In this document: in pieces, positions 12,378 to 24,285 of the stretch
Numbering within the stretch: the stretch's first letter is position 1
How the letters are laid out: the number at the start of each line of letters is the position of its first letter
Source: Eledone cirrhosa
Taxonomy: Eukaryota
Assembly: GCA_964016885.1 (NCBI GenBank)
Contig: OZ024743.1
Coordinates: 19,716,001-19,780,000, forward strand
Direction of reading: 5' to 3'
DNA length: 64,000 bases
Made by a program: the position numbers and the translations under genes
The notes under the pieces: model-generated
The model's database searches: none
What the model was told of the DNA's origin: nothing
Seen by the model: the letters and a program-made list of their open reading frames with translations, nothing else

Positions 12378-13700
12378 TCGAGAAAAACATAAATGTATAT
12401 GTGGCGTGTGTCTGTGAACGTTTGCGAGTGTAAGTAATACACAATTATCTCTAATGTATAAGAACATTATTAATATTAACCAAAACCATTTCTTTAAAAG
12501 AGATAAAGCCGACATTCAGTTAAAATATTTTGTTTTTGAAAACTCTCTTCATTAAACAACAACAGATACGATGATTATATTTTGTTAAGTCTATGAGGCA
12601 GAATTGAAATCAAATATCTGAAGTGTAAAAGAGAATGAGAAGTGAATGGCACAATTTGTAAAACAACTAGGATTCGATTATCTTCATCATGCAAAAGAAT
12701 TAAAAGAAATCGAGTTAAATTTCTGTTAGAAATGTCTCACAGACAATTATAAGGTTTCTAAATCTGTATTGAAAACCTAAAATATTTCAATATTTCACTA
12801 TAATATTCTAAATGTAAAAATACTTTTGAAGATTATTATCATGAATTATATTAAACTTTAATACTTAATAAATATTTATTATGATAAAAACAGAAAGTAA
12901 CTTTGTTTATATGAGACATGAATATGTTCAGACTATTCGGACTTCCTTCTCTCCAACTACAGTGTGTGAAAGCTATATGAAGTAGGGAATGTGGAAAGTA
13001 TAAATATCAATACTATATAATGTATGTTAGTATCCAATTTAAACTTCCGAACGATTAGAACTCCCCATTTCAATCCTATTTCAACCATTTTCACAAAAAG
13101 GCATCTTAAAAATGTTGAAGTGCTTTCTGCCTGTTCACTCCATCTGTTAGTAAAAGCGAAATCAAACAGCATACGACGAACATACAAAAGCACACTTTGA
13201 ATAATGAAATTCAGAGAACTCATTTCTTGAAAAGAGATGGAATGTACATAGCCTCAATAACTTTGATCATAATTCTGCAGTTTCAAGACCATTAGATAAC
13301 AACATTTTTCGATATTATCACTATCTGTTGTTGACTAAAAATGGATTAACATTCTCAAATTCTATATGAATAGATTCCTTCAACTAACTCGCATCAAACT
13401 ATTAACATCTATATATGTCTCTGCTTACAATAAGCATTTAAGCATTTGTTTGGATCGGCAATCGAATCGAAATCATGAATTATTCATCATGAAACAAGTG
13501 CTGATATGAAGTTAAGCATTAGAATAATGGATATTAAGATATACAGTGTTTAAATAGGTTAGAACGCTGTTGATCCTAGTTGAGGTTGATCAAAGTTGAT
13601 CAAGCGCTCAAAAGCTGCCATTAGCAATAAGCTGTCATCCATATTGTAACAACAAAGAAGGCTATGCGCAGTAGCATTTCTGTGTGAGTGTGTATAGATA

Positions 13701-13920
<220 letters not shown>

Positions 13921-13924
13921 ATGT

Positions 13925-14230
13925 GTGATGGGGCATGGCTTACTGATTAGAGAGGTGGGTTCACTATCGTGAAGTTATGAGTTAGATACCTGCACCGTGA
14001 CTGCGTTGTGTCCCTGAGAAAGACACCTTATTTCCCGTTCTTGCACTTCACACAGCTGAAGAAATGACTTTTCCTTGGACATCATTGGTGGTAGAAAAAA
14101 TGGTGGTTGGCATAAATGCGTCACTACAGATCTTAAAGAAAAAGCCTTGCCCATGTTTGTGCCTCAGGGGAGCACTTTCTAAGTGCAAACTTCATGACAT
14201 TTCATGACAAACAGGTGCCTTTACCTTTTA
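13925..14230 (+). mobile_element. tRNA-derived SINE with a CORE-like central domain, diverged
   Basis: Degenerate A and B boxes, then gttgtgtccctgagaaagacaccttatttc, similar to 30355-30420. The 3' part resembles 53740-53820. Confidence 0.7.
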
Positions 14231-14898
14231 TACACACACTCTCTCACACACACACACGCACATATATATATATATATATATATATATAGGTGGGGTGGGA
14301 GAAATACATACCACATCCACGTATATATATATATACACTCTCTATCACACCCTAAACTACGTCCATTATCCTATGACACATACTCGTTAATACATTCACG
14401 CTTTCATACATATCACAGTTAGAAACTTTTCACGTACACATTATAAACTTCAACATACATATACACGTTAAAATTTATCACATACTCACACATACTAATC
14501 CACTCTTCTCTCGGACATACGCTAGACTATCGATATTTTATACACACACACAAAGTACTTCAACGTACATATACAGTACACACATTCTAACTTATATTCA
14601 CTAATACATTCATGTCCTCTGCCGCTAACGCATGGATATACGCATACACTCATTATCTTTGTTACTTTAAAAAATCTATCTTGAAAAATCACACACGTTT
14701 TAATATACACTTACACTCACACATATAACGACACTAATACATACACACTCCCCTTTCCGTTCCTACTCGTTACCAAGATTACCTAACGGTTTTCTTGTTT
14801 TCCATCTCCATTTTCGTTTTGGGGTTGTGTATGAGTGTGGGTGTGTCTTTACTGGACCTTTTTTTCTGTTTCTCCTTTGTGATCTTGTCTCTATTTTG

Positions 14899-14936
14899 TA
14901 CTCCTGAAGAAGGGCTTAAGCCCGACACATCGAACA
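14899..14936 (+). ncRNA. Decayed minimal hammerhead at a PLE-like 3' end
   Basis: tactc-CTGAAGA-a gggc ttaa gccc-GACAC ATC-gaaca, with GAAA mutated and AATATAAA downstream. Confidence 0.5.
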
Positions 14937-17900
14937 TTCATTCCTCTTTCCAATATAAAATGTGAAACTAATAAGACTTTTTGAAACTCTTTTTGTTGTC
15001 TCCTTTGATTAGATAACAACGATTGTGGGGAAAAACAACAACACAAATAATCAGTGTTACGTGACTGCGCAAACCTAATTAGAATTGGAAAGAACCAACA
15101 TCTCATCACATAGTATTATTTCGAATTCGTACCTACTATCCTTGTATCAAGTCCGGTATATTTATATTCACCGTAGTTCCAATTCACAACACCCTATCTT
15201 ATTTTCAGCCATGGCATATCTAGGAATACATTATTCGGCATGCTGTTTCCTTTTTTTCGTTTTACATGAGAGAGTTTTGGTTACTATTTCTAGCAGTGCA
15301 AACAATCGTGAATTCTCCTCCTAAATGATAAAATATTGTTGGCTGTTTGGCTTATTGTTAAGACTTCTTATTTAACCTCCTGGTTTGCTCTGATCGAGGT
15401 CACTTATGATCAAATACATTCCAAACCTACTTTAATGTAGTAACTCCAATACGCCATTATTCGGTGTTCCCTTTCGTTTTGTATAATGTTCTTTGACTGC
15501 TATTTCTGGCAATTAGAGTGACCGCATAGTGACTTTGTCATATATTTGTGTAGCCCTTCACTCACGCTGATTATTTTTGTTGTTGTTTTTACCCAAAATC
15601 TTTGTTATCTAATCAAAGGAAGACCCACGATAAGAGGCTACACATCATTTTCCGTTCCTCGCTGATACGTTATGACAGATCCTATTCAGGCGATCTGTGA
15701 CTACAGTATACAACGTATCCTAAAAACGAATGTGCTTTCAAGGAGATATAGCTGCTATTTCTAATGTGAGGAGTGACCATATAGACGTTCTCTTACTGGT
15801 TTGAAATCCAGTCTGCTGGTTTCCTATTGTGGGAAGCATCAACGTGATGAGATATAAGGGAGTATCTTCGCGGTAGTGTGACTGACTGAAGGCTTTTATA
15901 TATTTAACCATCTCCTATTTATATACAGAATCCTCATCATCTGGTCGTTTTACCCCGTCCTTCCTTTCGTGATCAATATAATAAATGCCAGTCAAATATT
16001 GTGGATCGCCGGAATATGCTATTACCTACTCATATTGTTTGGCAGTGTGCCTATATTAGAAATTCATATTTCCTGAAGTATAAACTATTGCGTAGACAGT
16101 GAATTGCATCATTAAATCCTATTAGATTCAACTTTGCGATTCAAGTATCTAGTAGTTTATCATATAGATACCTGTACTATATACAAATAGATTGAATTGA
16201 AGACATGTAACTACCTCTGCAGACATCGTAAAATAGAAGTGACATTGTAATAAAATTTTATTCAATGATTTATATCATAATTTTGAGGAATAGCTCTCGA
16301 GAATTTATGTATTGTCAATATAAATAACTGTTTCTTATATATAGCAAATATCATAAATAATATTGCCTCAATGTTCACATTGTTGGTATGATATTCGGAA
16401 AAGATAAACAAGTCAGATCTGTCTACTTCTCGACATGAGTTTACATTTTTATATGTTTCATAACGGGGCAATTACGTCAATTGGGAGTAAACTATATATC
16501 TGGACTTTTCCCGTCACTATATTCCAGACAGTACTCCTCCTAATGATAGAGACATGCAAGACCTATAAGGTTCTGGCTAAAAGAGTTTCTGGAATTCAAC
16601 TCATTACTTTAAAAGATATATTTTCTATTCACTGAGTCATATTTGTTATTTTATCGATAATAGAAAAATGTCTGCTCCTTTTCTGCAACCCATAATTCTG
16701 TGTTTGTATTTCTTTCAAATTACAAGCAATTTACAGTTATTTTTGTACAGGCCATACCATCAGATGATTAATACCAAATATCAATATTTCTAAGGAGCCA
16801 CAATAAAGACTAAGTGACTTTAACTGAGGTGAATCTAATTGAGGAAGAATATATAAAAATTGCATCACTAAAGCGTTTTAGTTCAAAATATGGTTTTGAT
16901 CTACTTCAATATAAAACTTTATTTCAAAGTAAGATAACATATATGATATTATGCTGAATGACTTATTTAATTTACTCTATTGTGGATAACGTAATTAAGC
17001 ATAACAGGCATTTTGTCAAATTCTCACTAGCGGCCAATTAATGTGGTGTGTGTATAAATTGCTTTCTATTTTCTTATAGTCTGTGGTTTTAGCTACACTG
17101 AATAGAAATATCCGACAACTACTTCAAAATAGCAATTGGATTGTCAAGTCCGTTTGTAGATTATCTGAAAACATTTTAAATGTAATTAAATATATTGAAT
17201 GGATTAATAGGCTCAATTAGAAATAAACAAATTAATATAAAGACGTGTTGGTTTTTCCAGATTTGGTGCTATTTATGTGAATTTGGATGTCACTGATTCC
17301 TTGAAAATATCTTTAAAATATGATAAATACGCTAATAAGTGATTTGATAGTTGTTAACCTCAATTAGGTAATGACTGTATGAAACATTGCCAATCTTATT
17401 TTCCTGAACTAAATCACACCATAGTCACAAATGATATAGTTAAATATCCGAAAACTATGGTAATAAGACAGAACTTGTTTCCTATATTATAGTGTAAGAT
17501 ATCGTTCTATGTCGATATTCTGACATCAGTTTCAGTAAATTGTTCATTACCTAACACCATTCGTACCAATAACAGCACATGATTAAGTGTTCAGCATGAC
17601 GCATTACGCCTATCATAGTTTAGTATCTATTTATGGCATTCAGCTTTGTCGCTGTCCATGTTAGCGCCAATGTAATTACATTCAAGGTTTACGCATTCAC
17701 TTGGATGTAATTCTAGATTTTCGATAAACTATACATTATCTTTCCTGAGACAAAATTATCAATTCTTCTGCAAATAATTTGATGGAATAGACAAAGTAAT
17801 GCAGGAAATTTAACACGAATTAATCTCATGTTATTCATTGAACACACTGTTTTTAATCATTTCGCGTGTTACCTGAGCTCAGTTAAATAGTAATAATTTA

Positions 17901-18217
17901 ATGGTTATTAATCATTTCTGATATTTGCCTCCCTACTATTAACGTTATTATTTTGTTGTTTTTTTTGCTTGTTTTCTCTTTATCAGTTTCATTAAGATAA
18001 AATACAGTTTGTAGTAAACGACCGTTATTTAGAGTTCAGAAACGTGCTAAGTAGGAAATATCAACGTATAATGAAATGAAATTTGGAGAGAACCGAGCTG
18101 TAACTCTGAAATGTTAGTTCTTTTCCCAGGCACATTGATTTTCAGACAATCTGAAATAGATATTTACTTATTTCGGAATATTTCTAGCCATCTACTACTA
18201 CTAATGATAATAATAAT

Positions 18218-18405
18218 GTTTCTACTTTTGGCATAAGGCCAGCAATTACCCCAGATCATTACTGCTACTATATTTTACTGACCCCGTAAGGATGAAAGGC
18301 AAAGTTAACCTCGGCGGAATTTGAACTCAGACTGTAAAGGGCCATAACGCCTATGCTGCAAAGCATGGTGTCTGACGCTTTACCGATACTGCCAAACCAC
18401 CGCCC
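18218..18405 (-). mobile_element. tRNA-derived SINE (Meta-domain-like)
   Basis: B box GAGTTCAAATTCC on the - strand, followed by gaggttaactttgcctttcatccttacgggg, and an (ATT)n tail. Multicopy in the window. Confidence 0.88.
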
Positions 18406-18419
18406 TAATAATAATGATA

Positions 18420-18872
18420 ATACTAATCTCTGGGATATGCCAATACATACGAACAGAGAGATCAAAGCCAACCGACCAGATTTTATAGTCAAAGACAACA
18501 AACAAACAAAAAATGCCTTCTTATAGACGTATCAATCCCCACAGACAACAATATATCTTCAAAGGAAATAAAGAAACTTTCTAAATATAAAGATCTAGAG
18601 ATAGAAATAATTCGAATGAGGAAAATGAAAACAGAAACAAAACCTACAATAATAGGTGCTCTGGGAATGATAAAAAAAAAACACAGACAAATACATAGCC
18701 AAAACTGCAGGACTTTCAGATATATACTGCATACAAAAGACAGCAATACTAGACACTAAACACCTATTACGAAAAGTACTATCAATACAATAGGAACAAC
18801 ATCAACAAAAACTAAACTGCTCATACCCACCGTGCCAGGTAAAGCAGTATTGATGTGCAATAAAAATAATAA
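18420..18872 (+). mobile_element. R4/Dong-type non-LTR 3' fragment (restriction-like endonuclease)
   Basis: Hand translation with frameshift gives LWDMPIHTNREIKANRPDFIVKD..CLLIDVSIPTDNNI..KLSKYKDL..IIGALG. Set in (TAA)n, which Dong-type elements target. Confidence 0.85.
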
Positions 18873-18889
18873 TGGAAATCTTAATAATG

Positions 18890-19254
18890 GTTTCTTATAT
18901 AGGCACAAGGCCAGCAATTGTGGGGGAGGGGAAAGTCTATTAAATCGACCCCAGTACGTGACTGATACTTTATTTTATCGACTTAGTAAGGATGAAAGGC
19001 AAAGTTAACCTCGGCGGGATTTGAACTCAGATTATAAAGGGCCGTAACACTATGCTGCAAAGCATGGCGTCCAACCCTCTACCGATACTGCCAATCCACC
19101 GCCCTGCTGGAGATTTTAATAATGGTTTCTTATATAGGCACAAGGCCAACAATTTGGGGGAAGGGGAAAGTCGATTAAATCGACTCCAGTGCGTGACTGG
19201 TACTTTATTTTATCGACCCCGATAGGATGAGAGGAAAAGTTAACATCGGCGGGA
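18890..19254 (-). mobile_element. Two tandem copies of a longer SINE variant (18890-19104 full, 19125-19254 5'-truncated)
   Basis: Same core as 18218-18405, with an added ggggaaagtcgattaaatcgac segment. Confidence 0.85.
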
Positions 19255-19309
19255 TGAAAATCTTAATAATGATAATAATTGTGTCAAAAAATCAACAACT
19301 TTTTAAAGC

Positions 19310-19710
19310 ACTTTTTTAAGCAACGTTATTGGTAACCATGGATGTTTCTTCCTTATATCCCAATATTGACCACGATGAAGGGGTAGAGGCATGTATCTGC
19401 AGACTATTGAGGTTTGTGTTACAAAAAAACACTGAAGTTTGGACAAAACTTTTACCACCAAACGAGGGATTGCGCCATGGGTACCCTTCTGGCAGTTAAT
19501 TTCGCTAATGTCTTCATGACGATATTCGAAACAGTTACTGAAGACATTCAAATCCCTATATGGTCATGAACCAATATTCTAGTTACGATTCAATGATGAC
19601 ATCCTTTTTGTCTGGGAAGGATCACAGGATAGTTTAATTGACTTCTTGCATTTCTGTGACTTTAATGCTAAAAACTATAGTTTTAAGTCCAACATAAAAT
19701 TTACACTGCC
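19310..19710 (+). pseudogene. PLE reverse transcriptase core fragment (Neptune-like)
   Basis: Hand translation: [23 protein letters not shown] ... [17 protein letters not shown] ... LRFNDDILFVWEGS..NIKFT. Confidence 0.85.
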
Positions 19711-19714
19711 TATT

Positions 19715-21125
19715 CTAAGTACGGCCATGCTGAGTGGAGAACGAGGTAAATGAGAAAGGATCACTTACCTTGATCGTGTGAGGAAGGGATAGACGAACCG
19801 TCCCTCCGGCTGGTCATGGGTGTCTCCAAGATGATATCTGTGTATATTCTCTTGGCGAGTGACCCTCTGAAATCCCCGATTGCTTTGGGGAATTTTAGTT
19901 TTAAATGTTTATAATGTTCCAGTTTAAAATATGTTACTGTAATATCTGTGTGCTGCTTTATGTTTCATGAGTTCTTGTGCTGCAAAGTTTATGGCTGTGT
20001 AATTTTGTTTTGCGAGGGGTGTGGGGGGGGGGGGGGGGCAGTTGTTTTGTTGCTGTTGTTTTCTTGTTGCTCCTATTGAGTGAGTGTACCCTGTTGTGTT
20101 TGCGTTGTTGGTGTTTGTGGTGATGTTAATGGTGGTATGGTTGTTGTTGGTGGTGATGTTTGTAGTGGTGATGGTGAGGGTCGTGGTGTTGCTGCAAGTC
20201 GCCTTGCAGCCTTTACTCCCTCTTTGTTTGCCCTCGCTTTTGTAGGGCGAAGCTGCACTGTTTTTTCGTTTGTTTTTCTTGCAAACAGTTTTCCACACGT
20301 CTGCCGCCTCATACTCCATATCAGATTGTGAGAGGTCGGAGGGGGTTCTGAGTTGTACTCTCTCATTTGTTGTTGTTATGGTGGTTGTGGTGGTGGTGAT
20401 GGTGGTGGTGTTGAAGCCTGGTCTGCCGTTTTTGGCGCAGATGCACCTAGTCCAACTGTTTCTGTTGCTGCCATTACCGCCGCTATTTTTGTTGTCCGTG
20501 GATTTGGTGTGGGTGCCACGGACGTAGAAGATGCCGTTGCCTGCTCTGTTCTGATGGCAGCGGTTCCGGCGTTGGTCGGAGGGGGACCTTCGCTTTTGTT
20601 ATTTGCTGTGGGCAGAAGGTCCTCAGGTGAGACTTCGACCCACAATTGTAGCATTTTGGGCGTCTTCCTTCCACAGATATGGGAAGTTGGGAGACATTCT
20701 GGAGGTCTATTATGTCGGGAATAGGGCTGATTTTTGTACCTGCAGAGTGGTTGTTTTCTTCTCGATGCCCGCAAGGACAGATGTGATCAGTCAAGGCACG
20801 GGTACGTAGAGTGGGACCTGGGTCACCCTGACCTTTGCAATTTTTTCCAGGAGTAAAAAGGGACTAACGTTATTTCATCACTCCGAAGGTTTCTCAAGGA
20901 GTGCGAATTTGATTCCTGCCAATCCCCCACCTCAATGATAATAATATTTTAATAATAATTACGGGGCCTGACACTTTTTCAACATTTCGTCAGATATGCA
21001 AGTATATATGTGGAAGGATACATCTAAACTGTTGATAGATGTCGCAGGATCTGTTTAATGGATTTGTAATCGATTTTAGTGAGTAGGGCGGGTGTAACAG
21101 CGGGTTGACATTTAAAGGTGAAGGT
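19715..21125 (-). mobile_element. Decayed L1/Tx1-like ORF1 (gag-like CCHC zinc knuckle) with a low-complexity C-terminus
   Basis: ISVEGRRPKCYNCGSKSHLRTFCP (knuckle ~20612-20653), upstream IAKVRVTQVPLYVP, downstream Thr/Pro/Ala-rich frames. Confidence 0.65.
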
Positions 21126-21290
21126 TAAAAATAAAAGAAGAAAATATAAAAGGTAAAACAGCAATACATCCACATTAAATCTGGAATACAACCCACACGA
21201 GACGGGTATATATATATATATATGTATTTATATATATATATATGTGTGTGTGCAATGTGTGTGTGTGTATGTATATATATATATTTATAT

Positions 21291-21440
21291 AAAGATAGAA
21301 AGCGCAATTATTTCCAGTAGTGGTGACATCACACTCAATTACATTAATGAGTTTTAACACTATCCTCATGACACGGTTGTATAATAAGCGAAAATACTTG
21401 GGAACATCTGAGTAGCAAACAAAGAGTAATTTAAAATCAG

Positions 21441-21484
<44 letters not shown>

Positions 21485-21635
21485 CTGATTTTAAATTACC
21501 CTTTGTTTGCTACTCAGATGTTCCCAAGTATTTTCGCTGATTATACAACCGTGTTATGAGGATAGTGTTAAAACTCATTAATGTAATTGAGTGTGATGTC
21601 ACCACTACTGGAAATAATTGCGCTTGCTTTCTTTA
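21291..21635. repeat. Inverted repeat with ~155 bp arms and a (TA)n centre
   Basis: 21291-21444 is the reverse complement of 21481-21635 with few mismatches. Confidence 0.92.
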
Positions 21636-21700
21636 TTGAATACATTTTCTTCTTGAGCATGCATATATATATATATATATGTGTATATATATATGTGTGC

Positions 21701-21783
<83 letters not shown>

Positions 21784-21844
21784 CATATACATACATATAT
21801 ATATATATACATATATATACATATATATATATACATATATTTAC

Positions 21845-21939
<95 letters not shown>

Positions 21940-21964
21940 TTTACATATATATATATATATATAC

Positions 21965-22074
<110 letters not shown>

Positions 22075-23295
22075 GCTATATTTTGAAAATATTATATAAA
22101 TATTTTATAAAAATTGCTTTCATCGTGATTTCGTGATATGCGTTGCAAGGTAATTATTTTTGATGACGGAATAGCATTTTTCATTGCATAGAGAATCATG
22201 GTGAAACGAATAGCTCTATAAAGATTGTGGAATTGTTAAAGTTTATAATATAGATTTTGCTTTGAATCATTACTACATATTATATTTTTTCTTATCCTCT
22301 TTAAATTGCTTGACATCTTTGTTATAACGTATAGTGTGGAGGTGGTAAATTATTTGCAAATAAATGCTTCAATTCACAATCAATGACACTTCATTGATGC
22401 TGATAATCCTCTTATGCAGTATACAATAGCATACTTTCCTTTATATATCACCGGATTTAATATTTCTATTAATAACGAGAGGTCTTTGTTCCTGGTAGAG
22501 CCTCAACATATATAACATCTACACGCATAAATATATATATATATATATGTATACATGTGTGTGTGTGTAATGGGTTTAATTTTAATATTCACAGTTAGTT
22601 CAAAGAAACGATAATACAAAGCTTCCGTACAACTTTCGCAGTAGATAAACATAAAATTACAACTTTCAACAATTTTATCCCTCGGGAATCTTACACCAGT
22701 AAACTTTCTTAGTGTCACGCGTTATCTAACTCGAAATCTCATAATCCTTATAAGAAACCTAATAACATATTAAAATACATTTCTATACAATCCATCCACC
22801 CACTGAAAATCATAATTTATGTCAGCAAAAGCATCAGAATTGTTATAAGCTCTTTGAGCGATGATGAATCCTTCCTGAGATGTATTATAATAAAACGCTA
22901 CACATTATCGAAAACATTAAAGAATTAAATGGCCTTAAAAACATACCTTCCACCTGAAAGTTCTAGTAGATGAATTGGTATATTCATGTTTCTCTCTTTC
23001 ATTAGAAAATATATCCCGGACAGCCACAATTCTGTTTGGCAAGAATAGGTTATAGGTAAACTACAGCTGTGTCCAAGTTAAATCAAGATACATTAAGAGT
23101 CACAATTAAATTATTTCTCAAATATATAAATAGGGGAAGAGACTGGCATCCACATTCCAAAACATAATTTTGACATCTGAAAATCAAGTGCAGTGTCAAG
23201 ATTATTTTATGCCATGTAGATGACATCGGGGAGGTAACGGCAAGTAAGAAAGGTGGTGTAAAGCATTCATTCAAATGTTGTCTGTGCCAGCAAAA

Positions 23296-23377
23296 GAAGA
23301 AGAAAAAGAAGAAGAAGAAGAAGAAGAAGAAGAAGAAGAAGAAGAAGAAGAAGAAGAAGAAGAAGAAGAAGAAGAAG

Positions 23378-23414
<37 letters not shown>

Positions 23415-23430
23415 GCAACAACAACAACAA
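23296..23430 (+). repeat. Compound (GAA)n(CAA)n microsatellite
   Basis: Read directly from the sequence. Confidence 0.97.
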
Positions 23431-23544
23431 CTACTTTCTCACTTCCTTTCTCTATGTCTCTCGTATCAAAAGGAAAGCACCTTCGCTTAGACAACAACAC
23501 TCTTTCTTAGTTGTTTATTTCTTCATTCATTCATTTATTCTCAT

Positions 23545-24285
23545 AGCCATTGCATGTCCTCACTGTATTGCCGAGCACAGTTCTGTATGCCATGGGTATG
23601 AGCGGTGTTGTTTTTGCTGTTGTTATTTCAATTGTATTGGGAGTACTCTTCATGATATGTGTGCAGTGATTGACAGTGCTCTTCTCTGTTTTCTATATAC
23701 ATTTGTACATCCTGATAGTTTCATTATGTATATTTCTGTGTGTTTGTATCAGTTAAATAACGCCTATTATTTTCAAGATTTGTTCTCTTTTCATTATCTA
23801 CATTCGGATTATTTCTATCACAAGATCTTTATATTTGGATAATTTCTCCATTTCCCTGTCGTCTGTGGGTATTGAAAGAAGACATTAAAAAACATATTTC
23901 TTTCTTGTTGGTCTTCGATTATAATATGCGGTCAGTTGGCTTTATTCCATACTATGGTTGGTTTGTCATCCTCTTTTACCTTATTTGTTGTGAATTTCTA
24001 CTACATTCTTTCTGATGGTATTTCGTAGAGTTGACAAAATTTTCACTTTATATAAATCCCACCACTATCGTGCCCGGGGATATATACCTTATATATTCAT
24101 GGGCATTAAACAATGTACTTAATTTTTTTTTCCTTATAACCACATATTCTGAAGTTACTTACTATGTTCTGATTCATTATGTATTTCTGGTGATTTATGG
24201 TGGAGAGGCTTTGATATTGTTCTGCAATTAAACATTTTACACTTTCGGATTATTAATATTATTATTTAGATGTTTTGATTTTGCT
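23545..24285 (-). mobile_element. R4/Dong-type 3' fragment, older copy of the family at 18420
   Basis: The reverse complement contains aaagccaactgaccgcat, caatacccacagacgac, ttatccaaatataaagatct and gctcataccca, collinear with 18460-18830. Confidence 0.75.

Noticed and set aside
12957-13223. ORF with a branch-point/acceptor-like ttttactaacag on the - strand
   Set aside because: No recognisable protein and no convincing downstream donor, so this is insufficient for an exon call.
23275-23490. PolyE-polyQ ORF
   Set aside because: It is only a (GAA)n(CAA)n tract, with no flanking coding context or splice evidence.
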